Under the pieces are notes generated by a model. It worked only from the letters and a program-made list of their open reading frames with translations. It was not told where the DNA came from and did no database searches. From an uncultured virus (IMG/VR IMGVR_UViG_2648501449_000003) (lineage: Duplodnaviria; Heunggongvirae; Uroviricota; Caudoviricetes), in IMG/VR virus record IMGVR_UViG_2648501449_000003: DNA of 64,000 nt; one strand, written 5' to 3'. Made by a program: the position numbers and the translations under genes. Shown here one piece after another: positions 27,818 to 38,178 of the stretch (position 1 is the stretch's first letter; each line of letters opens with the position of its first letter).

Positions 27818-28509
27818 ACGTCGCCGTGATCATCCCGTTCCGGGACCGCGGTAAGGACCCTCTAAGGCCCGCGAATCTGCGACGCGTCCTGATGGGCATG
27901 GAGGGGCTGTACCGCATCCATGTTGTTGATGACGGCCGCTCAGGCTATGAGTCGTTCAATCGATCCGCCGCATATAACCGCGGTGCCGACATGGTTGACG
28001 CCGATGTACTTATCTACTGCGAATCAGATCTGCTGGTCGACCCTATCCAGATTCGGGAAGCGGTCGCGCTGGCTTCGTTGACACCAGGTTTAGTCGTTCC
28101 GTTCTCACGCTTCATGGCCATTGCCCCCGAGGACTCGGTTCGCGTCCGAGACCTTGAGTTAGAGCCCGAAGAAGCTGTATCGCATCAGGTCCGAGGCGAC
28201 CGTCAGTCGATCGGTGCCGTCAATGTCGTCTCCCGGGAATCACTCTCACTGATCGGTCAATACGACGAGTCGTTTGAGGGTGCTTGGTATGACGATGACG
28301 CGATGTGCCGAGCGTTTGAGGTGTGCTGCGGCCCAACCCGCTTCATAGACGGCCCCGGATATCACCTGTACCACCTACCCGGCGCCAGCGGCGATCATTT
28401 GACCGACGCTGATCGTGCCGCCACTGAACGCAACAAGGCCCGCTACCAGCTGTACCGGCAGGCAACAACACCGGAACGTATCCGCGAACTCACCGCAGGG
28501 GGTGTGTGA
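27814..28509 (+). CDS. GT2/GT7-like glycosyltransferase
   Basis: VIIPFRDR, FNRSAAYNRG, GQYDESFEGAWYDDD, HLYH. Confidence 0.8.
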   Translation: MNVAVIIPFRDRGKDPLRPANLRRVLMGMEGLYRIHVVDDGRSGYESFNRSAAYNRGADMVDADVLIYCESDLLVDPIQIREAVALASLTPGLVVPFSRFMAIAPEDSVRVRDLELEPEEAVSHQVRGDRQSIGAVNVVSRESLSLIGQYDESFEGAWYDDDAMCRAFEVCCGPTRFIDGPGYHLYHLPGASGDHLTDADRAATERNKARYQLYRQATTPERIRELTAGGV

Positions 28510-28753
28510 TGGCCGACCATCTCATCACCGGCCCTGACGGCATCCAGTACACCTTGGCGGAGTGGGTGAACTCCCACATCGTTGGAACTTTCGAGCAGAT
28601 GCTCCCCGGCGGGAAGACCCGCAAGGGCGGTGCCTGCTCGTGTGGGTGGCGCACCCCGCCTTTCGATCCTGTCGGTGATCGCGCTAAAGCGATGGCCGAT
28701 GAACATAAGCGTCTAGAAGACCTCGCTGATGAGATGCGAAGGGAGAATGGTTA

Positions 28754-29170
28754 ATGGCAGCCTTCGTGTACTTCACTGTGGCCGACACCTATCAGGCCAT
28801 CGTCTCTGATGGGTCTGATGAGGGTAGCGAGCCGGATCTGAAGATGATTTCCGGCACGGTCACTTTCACTCCGTCGGTGAAGGAAGTGCTGGCCACCATC
28901 TCCGATATCCCCACCACGGTGCGTTTGGAGCCGATCATTGGCCGCATCGAGGAAGACGGTGTGCTGAAGACTCTCGATTCCACACCAGGTGTGAAGCTGC
29001 TCGCCAACACCGAAGCAATCGGGCCACTGCCTGAGCTGACGTATCGGGTGGACTTCACGAACGTGGTCTACAACCGCAAGACCAACCAGCGCATCGAACC
29101 GTTCCGGTTCGCCGCTGCCACAAGCGCCACCACGCTGCGCTTGTCTTCGGTTGAGCGCCTGCCGCTTTAG
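28754..29170 (+). CDS. beta-rich virion-associated-like protein
   Basis: SGTVTFTP...G.I...G.L...GVKLLAN...YRVDF, resembling actinophage minor tail N-terminal modules. Confidence 0.5.
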   Translation: MAAFVYFTVADTYQAIVSDGSDEGSEPDLKMISGTVTFTPSVKEVLATISDIPTTVRLEPIIGRIEEDGVLKTLDSTPGVKLLANTEAIGPLPELTYRVDFTNVVYNRKTNQRIEPFRFAAATSATTLRLSSVERLPL

Positions 29171-29244
29171 GCACACGTACTAGGCGCCCCTACCCGTCCA
29201 AAGGTAGGACCAGTTAAGTCAAGTCGAGAATTGAGGGAACAACT

Positions 29245-29613
29245 ATGTCTGTCGACGTGATCCATGTGCCAGGCGGTATCGGTGGCCGCTACGAGGATTA
29301 CTACTTTCCTGTCCAAGCGGCGCAGGTCCGAAACCTGCTAGGCAAGATCCTGACCCATATCGAGGCCATGAACCTTCCACCGCGCGTTGAGAAGGCCAAC
29401 AAAGACCTGGTCCGCCAATCCATCTGGGACTGGTGGTCCGACGCCATGGAGAACTCCACCACCTCAGCGGGCGGATGCATTGGGCCGATCGAGAACATTC
29501 GGGAAGCCCGCACATCTGACGACAAGCCAAACCGATATGTGTGGCACACGACGGTTGGAGAGCTGGCGCCCAAGGCGCCGAAGATGTTCGTCACATACAG
29601 AGACAAGCGCTGA
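29245..29613 (+). CDS. hypothetical protein
   Basis: ORF with GAGGG RBS. Confidence 0.6.
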   Translation: MSVDVIHVPGGIGGRYEDYYFPVQAAQVRNLLGKILTHIEAMNLPPRVEKANKDLVRQSIWDWWSDAMENSTTSAGGCIGPIENIREARTSDDKPNRYVWHTTVGELAPKAPKMFVTYRDKR

Positions 29614-30018
29614 TGAGCGACGAGCAGTACTTCGGCCCCTTCTGGGTCGGCATCAAGACTCGAGATTTCTGCGGTAAGCGCCTACCGAAGCGAGATCATA
29701 AGCCGTGGATCGACGACGGCGTCTATGGGGAGATCTACTGGGGCGATAGCGCGGGGGCCCGCGAGCTCGCGCAACATCTACTCGACGCAGCGGACGCCTA
29801 TGACGCACTCGCTTCGGAGTTCAACTCATGAGACCCGACGAACGCATGAACCAGCTCCAGCGAAGAGTGGTTAACCATGCCCTGGCGGATCGGATGCTGA
29901 AAGTATCGCGGGGCGAGCCGATATCCGTTATGCGGGGATGGGCCAAGGATGGAAAGACCTTTCACTTCCTTGAGCCAGACCTATCTGGCGTGGATTGGCA
30001 CCATGAGATGCAGAGGCT

Positions 30019-30660
30019 TTGGTGGGCTTGACCTACCGCATCGGCATAGTTGGCCATAACAAGCGGGCCGCCGCGGCCCATAACCTGATGGAAGCTACTG
30101 GTGCAGCGTTCCTGTCGTTAGACAACGGATCTAAGGGCTGCAACGGCAACCACCGCCATGTACTCGAGTGGCTATCCACCAGCCCTACTGAGTGGGTAGT
30201 TGTCCTTGAGGATGACGCCCAACCCATAGACGACTTCCGCACACAGCTCGATAAAGCGCTCACCGCGGCCCCTTGTGACATTGTGTCCCTGTATTTGGGG
30301 ACCAACTATCCGCGTCTATGGCAGCGCGGCATACAACGCGCCACAACCCAAGCCGACCAAACTGATTCGCCCTGGCTGGTATCCGAGCATCTACTACACG
30401 CAGTGGGGTATTGCATCCGCACCACCCTGGTACCTGATCTTCTCGACGCCCTACCTGAGATGCCCATTGACGACGCCATCACCACATGGGCCAGAGACCA
30501 AGAGCACCGCATCGCCTACACATGGCCAAGCCTCGTAGACCACGAGGATGCGGACACCTTGATCTCCAAGCGCCCCACACGTAACGCCCCACGCAAGGCC
30601 CACCGCACAGGCACACGCACCCAATGGGCTGGCCCCACCGTAGAACTGGAGTACTGCTGA
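30019..30660 (+). CDS. GT25-like glycosyltransferase
   Basis: GCNGNH, VVLEDDA, SLYLG, PIDDAI, PSLVDH. Confidence 0.75.
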   Translation: MVGLTYRIGIVGHNKRAAAAHNLMEATGAAFLSLDNGSKGCNGNHRHVLEWLSTSPTEWVVVLEDDAQPIDDFRTQLDKALTAAPCDIVSLYLGTNYPRLWQRGIQRATTQADQTDSPWLVSEHLLHAVGYCIRTTLVPDLLDALPEMPIDDAITTWARDQEHRIAYTWPSLVDHEDADTLISKRPTRNAPRKAHRTGTRTQWAGPTVELEYC

Positions 30661-31069
30661 TGCCCGAAGAGATGACTACGGCCGCCTTTCATGTCGATGC
30701 GGGCACGTCCCGTACGGAGCGCACCACAGTAAGTGCAACGTTCGAAGTCGTGGGTTGCGAAGCCGTGATTGATCTAGGTACCTCCTAAGGGGGATTCACT
30801 AATGCCCGTCCTAGTCTGCTCACGAGGCAAGGAATACGTACACCCATCAGGCACGCACTACCTGTCCAGTCCCACCAATGTGCTGCACATCTTCAATGGT
30901 GAAACCAACGTCGCGTCCTACCGCGAATGGGACTATGCCTGGATACCCAACGGAGAACCCGGCACAGGCCAACACGTCGACAACTCGATCAACTTCAACA
31001 GGCCAGTCGGTGTCACCACCGTGGAGGAGCAGCAGAAGCGCGCGCGTCTGCAGTTGTCCCGAGATGGCC

Positions 31070-31417
31070 ATGCCCCGCGCACCTAGAGTCTGCGCACACC
31101 CTGACTGCACAGAGCTGGTGCATGGCGCTAGGCGCTGCCCCCAGCATCAGGTAAGCGGCTGGTCCTCTAGTCCACGCACCGCATCCGCAGGACGCACAGG
31201 AACCAGCGCATGGAGACGCACCAGAGCCTACGTCCTACACCGCGACAACCACACATGCCAGATACGCGGACCACGATGCACCACCCACGCCACCGAAGTC
31301 GACCACATCAAACCAGTCAGCCTCGGCGGCACAGACTTCGCAATCAACTGCCAAGCAACCTGCCACACCTGCCACGCCTGGAAAACCGCACAGGAAGCCA
31401 ACACGGCCCGGCAATGA
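31070..31417 (+). CDS. terminase-associated HNH endonuclease
   Basis: RDNHTCQ...EVDHIKP..GG...CHTCHAWKT, just before the small terminase. Confidence 0.9.
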   Translation: MPRAPRVCAHPDCTELVHGARRCPQHQVSGWSSSPRTASAGRTGTSAWRRTRAYVLHRDNHTCQIRGPRCTTHATEVDHIKPVSLGGTDFAINCQATCHTCHAWKTAQEANTARQ

Positions 31418-31549
31418 CCCCCTGGGGACCACCCCCACCCCACCCCACGCCCCGACATCGGCCAGACGCCGTCTTTTCGGCCTGTACGGGTTCCCCAGCT
31501 TTTCCGGCCCCGAAACGGGGCGTCCAAGTCCCGAAACGGGAGGTTGATG

Positions 31550-32005
31550 ATGCCTGGACCCACCAAGAAAGATCCGAGTCTGGTTGCTCGGCGCAATAAG
31601 ACGACGACCAGGGCTGTTTTGTCTGCCGATCACGACATTGAAGCGCCCGAGCTCCCTGCGGAGATCGCGTGGCATTCGATGACGAAGCGTTGGTGGGCTG
31701 ATATTTGGTCGTCTCCGATGGCTCCCGAGTATGCGGAGTCGGACATCAACGGTTTGTTGCGTGTGGCGATGTTGTACAACGACTTTTGGTTGGCGGAGAC
31801 AGCGAAAGAGCGGGCTGAGATTCAGGTTCGGCTCGAGAAGGCCGATGTCGACTACGGAACTAACCCGATGGCTCGGCGCCGGCTGGAATGGCAGATCGAG
31901 CAGTCGGAGGATTCGAAGGCAAAGGGACAGAAGCGCCGCGGCGTCCCCAACCCCGCCCCGATGCCAGAACCCGACTCCGATCCGCGGCTCAAGCTAGTCC
32001 AATAG
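31550..32005 (+). CDS. terminase small subunit
   Basis: MPGP.KK...WW..IWSSPMA...GTNPMARRRL; position. Confidence 0.8.
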   Translation: MPGPTKKDPSLVARRNKTTTRAVLSADHDIEAPELPAEIAWHSMTKRWWADIWSSPMAPEYAESDINGLLRVAMLYNDFWLAETAKERAEIQVRLEKADVDYGTNPMARRRLEWQIEQSEDSKAKGQKRRGVPNPAPMPEPDSDPRLKLVQ

Positions 32006-32012
32006 TCCCGCC

Positions 32013-33665
32013 ATGGCGGTTCTGATTGTTCCGCCGCTCGACCTGTCCTACCCGACATTGGGGCCGCAGGTCTGCCAGTTCATCGAAGAGCGGATGGTGT
32101 TCGGCCCCGGATCCCTATCGGGGCAGCCGGCACGCCTCGATGACGAGAAGCGCGGCATCATCTACCGCCTCTACGAGATCTACCCGCAAGGGCACCGGCT
32201 TGCGGGGCGGCGCAGGTTTCAGCGTGGAGCCATTGAGGTCCGTAAGGGGCTGGCGAAAACCGAGCTCGCCGCTTGGATATCGGGTTGCGAGCTGCACCCC
32301 GAGGCTCCGGTTCGGTGCGACGGGTTCGACGCCAGCGGCAATCCGGTCGGCCGGCCCGTGGAGTCGCCCGTCATTCCGATGATGGCGGTCACCGAGGAGC
32401 AGGTGGAAGAGCTCGCGTACGGCGTGCTCAAGTATGTGCTCGAAAATGGGCCTGACGCGGAACTGTTCGTGATCACTAAAGAGAAGATCATCCGAAAGGG
32501 CTGGAACGGAACCGAAGACGGCTTTGTCGTCGCGGTATCCAACGCCCCCGGATCCCGAGACGGTGCACGAACCACCTTCCAGCACTTCGATGAACCACAC
32601 CGATTGTTCATGCAGCGGATGCGGGACGCGCACGAAACGATGCTCCAGAACATGCCGAAGCGGCCCCTCGAGGATCCGTGGACGCTGTACACCTCCACCG
32701 CGGGCCAGCCGGGGCAGAACAGCATCGAAGAGGATGTTCTCGCCGAAGCGGAAGCTATCGACAAAGGTGAGGTTGACGACCCCAGCCTGTTCTTCTTCCG
32801 CCGATGGGCCGGCGACGAGCACCGCGACCTATCCACTGTGGAGAACCGGATCGCAGCCGTCGCAGACGCCACCGGCCCCGTAGGGGAGTGGGGCGTCGGC
32901 CAGTTTGAGCGGATCGCAAAGGACTACGACCGCAAGGGCATCGACAAAGCCTACTGGGAACGGGTGTGGCTGAATCGGTGGCGCAAATCTGGCTACCAAG
33001 CGTTCGACATGCTCAAAGTCGAATCCCTGCGCTTCGAGGACGAAGACAAACCGTGGGGTCCGATACCGGACGCCGCGTTCGTCACCGCAGGGTTTGACGG
33101 CGCGAGGTTCCGTGACGCCACTGCACTCACCATCACGGATATCGAGACCGGACGGCAGATGCTTTTGGGCTGCTGGGAGCGCCCTGAAAACGCTGAGGAC
33201 TGGGAAATCCCAGAGGATGAGGTCACGGACCTAGTCACGGACATGATGTCCCGGTATGAGGTGTGGCGCATGTACTGCGACCCGCCCCACTGGACAGAAA
33301 CCGTTGCTTCATGGGCGGCCCGATTCCCCGATCAAGTTGTCGAGTGGTTCACCCAACGCAAAACGCCTATGGCCGCCGCGGTTAGGGCGTATGTCGAGGC
33401 TATCGATTCCGGGATTGTCACTTATGGCGAAAACGCCTGGCAAGAGACGCTGATCAAGCATATGGGAAACGCTGGCAGACACGAGTTGAAGCTCCTTGAC
33501 GACCAGGGAGCGCCGCTGTGGATCCTCCAGAAGCAAGACGGGCGCCTCGAGGACAAGTTCGACGCAGCAATGTCCGCGGTCCTGTCCTGGACAGCCTGTG
33601 TCGATGCTCGACGATCCGGGGCTAAGCCGCGGCCGAAATCTTATGTGCCGAGGCGCATCTACTAA
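32013..33665 (+). CDS. terminase large subunit
   Basis: RKGLAKTE Walker A, FDEPH Walker B, GFDG, KFDAAM. Confidence 0.95.
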   Translation: MAVLIVPPLDLSYPTLGPQVCQFIEERMVFGPGSLSGQPARLDDEKRGIIYRLYEIYPQGHRLAGRRRFQRGAIEVRKGLAKTELAAWISGCELHPEAPVRCDGFDASGNPVGRPVESPVIPMMAVTEEQVEELAYGVLKYVLENGPDAELFVITKEKIIRKGWNGTEDGFVVAVSNAPGSRDGARTTFQHFDEPHRLFMQRMRDAHETMLQNMPKRPLEDPWTLYTSTAGQPGQNSIEEDVLAEAEAIDKGEVDDPSLFFFRRWAGDEHRDLSTVENRIAAVADATGPVGEWGVGQFERIAKDYDRKGIDKAYWERVWLNRWRKSGYQAFDMLKVESLRFEDEDKPWGPIPDAAFVTAGFDGARFRDATALTITDIETGRQMLLGCWERPENAEDWEIPEDEVTDLVTDMMSRYEVWRMYCDPPHWTETVASWAARFPDQVVEWFTQRKTPMAAAVRAYVEAIDSGIVTYGENAWQETLIKHMGNAGRHELKLLDDQGAPLWILQKQDGRLEDKFDAAMSAVLSWTACVDARRSGAKPRPKSYVPRRIY

Positions 33666-33683
33666 ATGACAGAAGGGAGTCCC

Positions 33684-35048
33684 ATGGCGTCTACACCAGA
33701 AGAATGGCTCCCCATCCTGACCAAGCGCATCGACGACAACATGCCGCGAGTCCGGCTCCTGGACCGGTATGTGTCCGGCGACGCACCGCTACCGGAGCAG
33801 TCGAAGAACACGAAAGCATCCTGGAAAGCGTTCCAGAAGATGTCCCGCACCAACTGGGGCATGCTGATACGAGACTCAGTTTCTGATCGCATCGTGCCGA
33901 ACGGAATCACAGTCGACGGGTCCGCGGACTCGGAGACTGCTAAGCAGGCGCAACGCATCTACCGCGACAACCGCATGGATGCCGTTGTGCGGCAGTGGCT
34001 CGACTACGGGCTGACCTTCCGCGATTCATACCTGACTTGCTGGCAGGGAAATGACGGCCAGGCAATAATCACCGCCGATTCCCCCGAAACCATGTACGCC
34101 GCAGTAGATCCCCTGCAGCCTTGGCGAGTGCGTGCCGCGATCCGCTACTGGCGCGACATAGACGAAGAGAAAGACTTTGCGTTCGTTTGGGTGAACGGTG
34201 CGCGCCAGAAGTTCTCACGCCCCTGCTACGTGCAGAACATCAACTCCAAGCGCCTCATGACCAGAATCTCGGGCGGTTGGGAGCCTGAAACCGACCTGAT
34301 CGAGACTGACGGCGCCCCACCTGTGGTTGTGTACACCAACCCGGGCGGTGCTGGGGTTTTCGAGACCCATATAGATCTCATCAACCGCATCAACTCCGGC
34401 GTTCTGCAGCGCTTGTCGACGATGGCGATGCAAGCGTTCCGTCAGCGCGCTCTAAAGAAGGAGGGAGACAAGCCCCTACCGGCGGTCGATGACAAAGGCA
34501 ACGCCATCGACTATGCGGCCATCTTTGAACCAGCCCCCGGAGCGCTGTGGGATCTCCCACCAGGTGTTGACATTTGGGAATCTGCCACAACCGATGCAAG
34601 CCCCATGCTCGCCGCGTCGAAAGAAGACATCCGGCATCTCTCGGCGGCCACGAAAACGCCCCTTCCCATGCTGATGCCCGATGGCGCAAATCAGACGGCG
34701 GAAGGCGCGATGAACACCGAGAAGGGCTTCATTTTCAAGTGTGAAGCATGCCTAGCGGTAGTGAAACTCGGCCTCGAAGCCATCATCGTTAAGGCGCTAG
34801 AGACCGAAGGTGTCGCAGACGTAGGCAATGTTGAGGTGTCATTCGAGGCGCCAGCCCGTGTGACACTCTCTGAGAAGTACTCTGCCGCAGCACAAGCGGC
34901 GGCAGCAGGGGAGCCGTGGGGCTCAATTGCGCGGAACATCCTCAAGTACTCACCCGACCAGATTGCACAAGTCGAAAAGGATCGGGCCAAGGAAGAGGCG
35001 ATGGCGCCACAAGTAGCGCCACCTGCTCCACAAGACTTCCCCCAGTAG
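33684..35048 (+). CDS. portal protein
   Basis: Position, size and SPP1 gp6-like character. Confidence 0.9.
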   Translation: MASTPEEWLPILTKRIDDNMPRVRLLDRYVSGDAPLPEQSKNTKASWKAFQKMSRTNWGMLIRDSVSDRIVPNGITVDGSADSETAKQAQRIYRDNRMDAVVRQWLDYGLTFRDSYLTCWQGNDGQAIITADSPETMYAAVDPLQPWRVRAAIRYWRDIDEEKDFAFVWVNGARQKFSRPCYVQNINSKRLMTRISGGWEPETDLIETDGAPPVVVYTNPGGAGVFETHIDLINRINSGVLQRLSTMAMQAFRQRALKKEGDKPLPAVDDKGNAIDYAAIFEPAPGALWDLPPGVDIWESATTDASPMLAASKEDIRHLSAATKTPLPMLMPDGANQTAEGAMNTEKGFIFKCEACLAVVKLGLEAIIVKALETEGVADVGNVEVSFEAPARVTLSEKYSAAAQAAAAGEPWGSIARNILKYSPDQIAQVEKDRAKEEAMAPQVAPPAPQDFPQ

Positions 35049-35098
35049 GGGGTTCGCCCGTACGGGCGCCACCAATGCGAAACGCAAAGGAATTTCAC

Positions 35099-35713
35099 AT
35101 GTCTGATGTGACCCCGAATGACATGCCGGGAGCCGTAACGGAACCGGGCGAACCAGAAGGAACCGTAGACGCCATCAAGGCGCCGAAATCCGAAGCCAAA
35201 ACCGATGGTTTGACCGCTGAGGAACGGCAAGAGCTGGACAGACTTCGCGCCACCCGCGTTGAGGAACGACGCTGGGAAAAGCGCGCGAAGGAAAACTACG
35301 ACGACGCCACCAAGTGGCGTGAGCTCATCGAGAAGAGCGGCGGAGACAAGAAAGAGTTCGACCCAAGGGCCGAAATCGACAAGATCCGAGCCGAACTGAC
35401 CACCGAACGCACCGAACGGTTGCGATCAGAGGTCGCCAGAACCACCGGAGTTGACCCTGAGGACATCAAGGGCGGCACCGAAGAAGAGATGCGCGAATCC
35501 GCCGAACGGTGGAAGGTGCGTTTCAACGCTCGACTCGAAGAAGCGATCAAGTCGAAGTCCGCACCGGCCGCAGCGCCGGCAGCCGAGGTTACTTCAGACA
35601 AGAAAGTCACCGGTCCCAAGCAGTTGACCCGTGATGACCTCAAAAACATGTCCCCCAAGGCGATTCGAGAAGCCCGCGAGAGCGGGCAGCTCGACGAGCT
35701 GATGGGGAAGTAA
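35099..35713 (+). CDS. capsid scaffolding protein
   Basis: Charged coiled coil, RRWEKRAKEN; precedes the capsid gene. Confidence 0.85.
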   Translation: MSDVTPNDMPGAVTEPGEPEGTVDAIKAPKSEAKTDGLTAEERQELDRLRATRVEERRWEKRAKENYDDATKWRELIEKSGGDKKEFDPRAEIDKIRAELTTERTERLRSEVARTTGVDPEDIKGGTEEEMRESAERWKVRFNARLEEAIKSKSAPAAAPAAEVTSDKKVTGPKQLTRDDLKNMSPKAIREARESGQLDELMGK

Positions 35714-35734
35714 GCATAGGAAGGAGCCAGTCAG

Positions 35735-36565
35735 ATGGCTGTTACCCATTTCATCCCCGAAATCTGGTCGTCCTACATTCTTGAGCGCTACATGGCCAAG
35801 AATGTGTTCGCCTCCCTCGTTGACCGCAAGTACGAAGGTGAAGCCCGCAAGGGCAACACCATCCACATCCCCGGTGTGGTCGCCCCGGCGGTCAAGGACT
35901 ACAAGGCGGCTAGCCGCACCACGTCGGCAGACGCCATCAGCGACACCGGAATCGACATCCTGATCGATCAGGAGAAGAACTTCGACTTCTACGTCGACGA
36001 CATCGACAACGCGCAGTCGAACGAAAACCTGCTGCCGCTGTACACCGACGCCGCCGGTGACTCGCTGGCCACCGACGCCGACCAGTTCATCGCCAACCTG
36101 CTTGTCGCCAACGCCACCGGCATGCCATGGTCGTCCAACCCCACCACGGGAGATGGCGCGTTCAACGTCGTCAAGGACGCCCGCAAGCTGATGAACAAGG
36201 CCAACGTTCCTGACGACGATCTGCGTGTCGCGGTTGTGAACGCCGAGTTCGAAGCCTTGCTGGTCGGTGCTGATTCGAAGCTCACCAGCTTCGATTCGTC
36301 CGGCGACACCGCTGGTCTGCGCAACGCCACTGTTGGAAAGCTGCTCGGATTCCGTGTGGTTACCTCGAACAACCTGCCTGAGTCTGACTCGCCGCAGGCC
36401 GTGTTCTTCCACCAGCGTGCCGCAGCGTTCGTGTCTCAGATTGACGAGGTCGAAGGCATGCGCGCACAGGACAAGTTCGCCGACCGCATCCGCGGCCTGC
36501 ATGTGTACGGCGGCAAGGTCGTTCAGGCCCCCGGCGTGCTCGTCTTCAACCGGGCCGGCAGCTAG
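35735..36565 (+). CDS. major capsid protein
   Basis: FIPEIWS...GNTIHIP...IDQEK...GKLLGF...RGLHVYG. Confidence 0.9.
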   Translation: MAVTHFIPEIWSSYILERYMAKNVFASLVDRKYEGEARKGNTIHIPGVVAPAVKDYKAASRTTSADAISDTGIDILIDQEKNFDFYVDDIDNAQSNENLLPLYTDAAGDSLATDADQFIANLLVANATGMPWSSNPTTGDGAFNVVKDARKLMNKANVPDDDLRVAVVNAEFEALLVGADSKLTSFDSSGDTAGLRNATVGKLLGFRVVTSNNLPESDSPQAVFFHQRAAAFVSQIDEVEGMRAQDKFADRIRGLHVYGGKVVQAPGVLVFNRAGS

Positions 36566-37137
36566 TGCTGGCATCTCCCGCTGACGTCGCCCACGCCCTA
36601 GGGCTGGAAGACGAGAACGAGCTCACCGCCTCCCAGCAGGCCCGTGTCGAGGGCCTGCTGGAGAGGGTGTCTCGAAGGTTTCAGCGGGAGGCCGGACGAA
36701 CCCTGACCGCAGGGGCGGTGACCGTGCGTGCACTCACGGTGGAGGGCCGGGTACATCTACCGGACCCCCCGTCTGGAGACACTGTTACGGTCACCGACCT
36801 CTGTGGTAACACGCTCGAAGGTGTCATCGAGGGCGACTACGTTGATGTCACCCGCAACGGGTGCCCTGTCGCCACGGGTGAAATCCTTGTCGTCGAATAC
36901 ACCCGAGATGAGCCGCCCCAGGCCGCAATAGATGCGGTAGCGGCGATGGTCGCGCGCCACCTCACGGTGGAACCCGGTTCACCCGAATCGAAGTCCACCG
37001 ACCTCACCGCGGGCGCGGATTTTCGGCAGCGTCTTGCCGACTGGGTGTCTGACACATCCTTGTTCACCGACGAGGAACTAGCGGAGGCGAGAAGCTACCG
37101 CTACCCCGTCCCTAATGTGATCATCCACCGCCTGTGA
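36565..37137 (+). CDS. head-to-tail adaptor
   Basis: LASPADV; position after the capsid gene. Confidence 0.75.
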   Translation: MLASPADVAHALGLEDENELTASQQARVEGLLERVSRRFQREAGRTLTAGAVTVRALTVEGRVHLPDPPSGDTVTVTDLCGNTLEGVIEGDYVDVTRNGCPVATGEILVVEYTRDEPPQAAIDAVAAMVARHLTVEPGSPESKSTDLTAGADFRQRLADWVSDTSLFTDEELAEARSYRYPVPNVIIHRL

Positions 37138-37469
37138 CCTTCGAATCACTGGCCAGGATCCCGGTCACGTACACCCCATACACGGGTGTCACTCAGGATT
37201 CCCTAGGGAACGATGTTCCCTCATTCGGCCCCACAGTGGACCTGAAGGCGTACTCGTATGCCCCGCACCGGACTGAAGACACGGACGGGCACACCTCACG
37301 CGATATCGCAGAAGTCGATCTAGCCATGCCCCCCATGACCGTTGATCTGATGTCCCGATTCGGGATCAATGGGAAAACCTACGAGGTGGTGGGTGAACGC
37401 GACGAAACAGGCGGATTCCACGGCTGGAAGCCAGGAATCATCGTCGAGCTGAAAAGGGTGACCGGATAG
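37134..37469 (+). CDS. head-to-tail stopper
   Basis: DSLGN...YEVVG...ELKRVTG. Confidence 0.75.
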   Translation: MTFESLARIPVTYTPYTGVTQDSLGNDVPSFGPTVDLKAYSYAPHRTEDTDGHTSRDIAEVDLAMPPMTVDLMSRFGINGKTYEVVGERDETGGFHGWKPGIIVELKRVTG

Positions 37470-37735
37470 TGGCCAAGTTCAGGCTGAATCGTAAGGCGCA
37501 GAGCGAATTGACGAAGGAAATCGTCGAGAAGGTCTGCGTTCCCATGATGCAGCGGGTCGCTGACGCCTGCAACCAAGAAGCGGGACTGGAAGACGGTTTC
37601 CGCGTCTCGGTAGAAGGCGATGATCCTTTGGATAAGCGCGACTACCGGGCAACAGCTATCGCCGCAACGGCAGAGGCCATCCGGTACGACCACAAGCACG
37701 ACGCACTGCTACACAACTTTGGCGAGGCTGGCTGA
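37469..37735 (+). CDS. neck/tail completion protein
   Basis: Position and size. Confidence 0.6.
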   Translation: MAKFRLNRKAQSELTKEIVEKVCVPMMQRVADACNQEAGLEDGFRVSVEGDDPLDKRDYRATAIAATAEAIRYDHKHDALLHNFGEAG

Positions 37736-38112
37736 TGTTCGCCTACCACGCCCAAGTGGTCAGGGACTGGCTGGACGAAAACATGCCGGTTCGGGTGTCC
37801 ACTGACGTGCCGAAAACGCGCCCAGCGCAGCTGATCACAATCGATTCAGCGCCAATCTCTAGCGGATACTCGGGAACCAAAGCCCGCGTACTCGCACGGC
37901 GCCGACTGATCATCTACTCATGGGGCGCCAACGAACTGGACGCATACAACCTGATCGAGCAGACGCGTGAATGGCTCCTCAAACTCCCCGGCAAGGGCCG
38001 CGGAGTGCACGCTGTAGACATCGCAGGGGAACCTGCCCGCCGCGATGACATCGAAAGCGAAACGCGACGGTTCGTGATGACCGTCGATGTATTAATGCGT
38101 TCAAATCCCTGA
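37735..38112 (+). CDS. tail terminator
   Basis: VSTDVPKTRP; position. Confidence 0.7.
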   Translation: MFAYHAQVVRDWLDENMPVRVSTDVPKTRPAQLITIDSAPISSGYSGTKARVLARRRLIIYSWGANELDAYNLIEQTREWLLKLPGKGRGVHAVDIAGEPARRDDIESETRRFVMTVDVLMRSNP

Positions 38113-38178
38113 ATTTACAACTAAATACACCCTTTCAAAGGCTCGGCTGCACCGATCTGCTTCTGAAAGGGGCACATC

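Noticed and set aside
29226..29247. Possible ninth linker copy (GAGAATTGAGGG)
   Set aside because: No TAGACACCGC at the expected distance and the ATG spacing differs; reads as an ordinary RBS.
31418..31545. cos/packaging site
   Set aside because: The position is plausible but no specific end sequence can be identified from this sequence alone.
35594..36574. Long antisense ORFs over structural genes (e.g. 326 aa opposite the capsid gene, several opposite the tape measure)
   Set aside because: Typical high-GC shadow ORFs of well-supported + strand genes.
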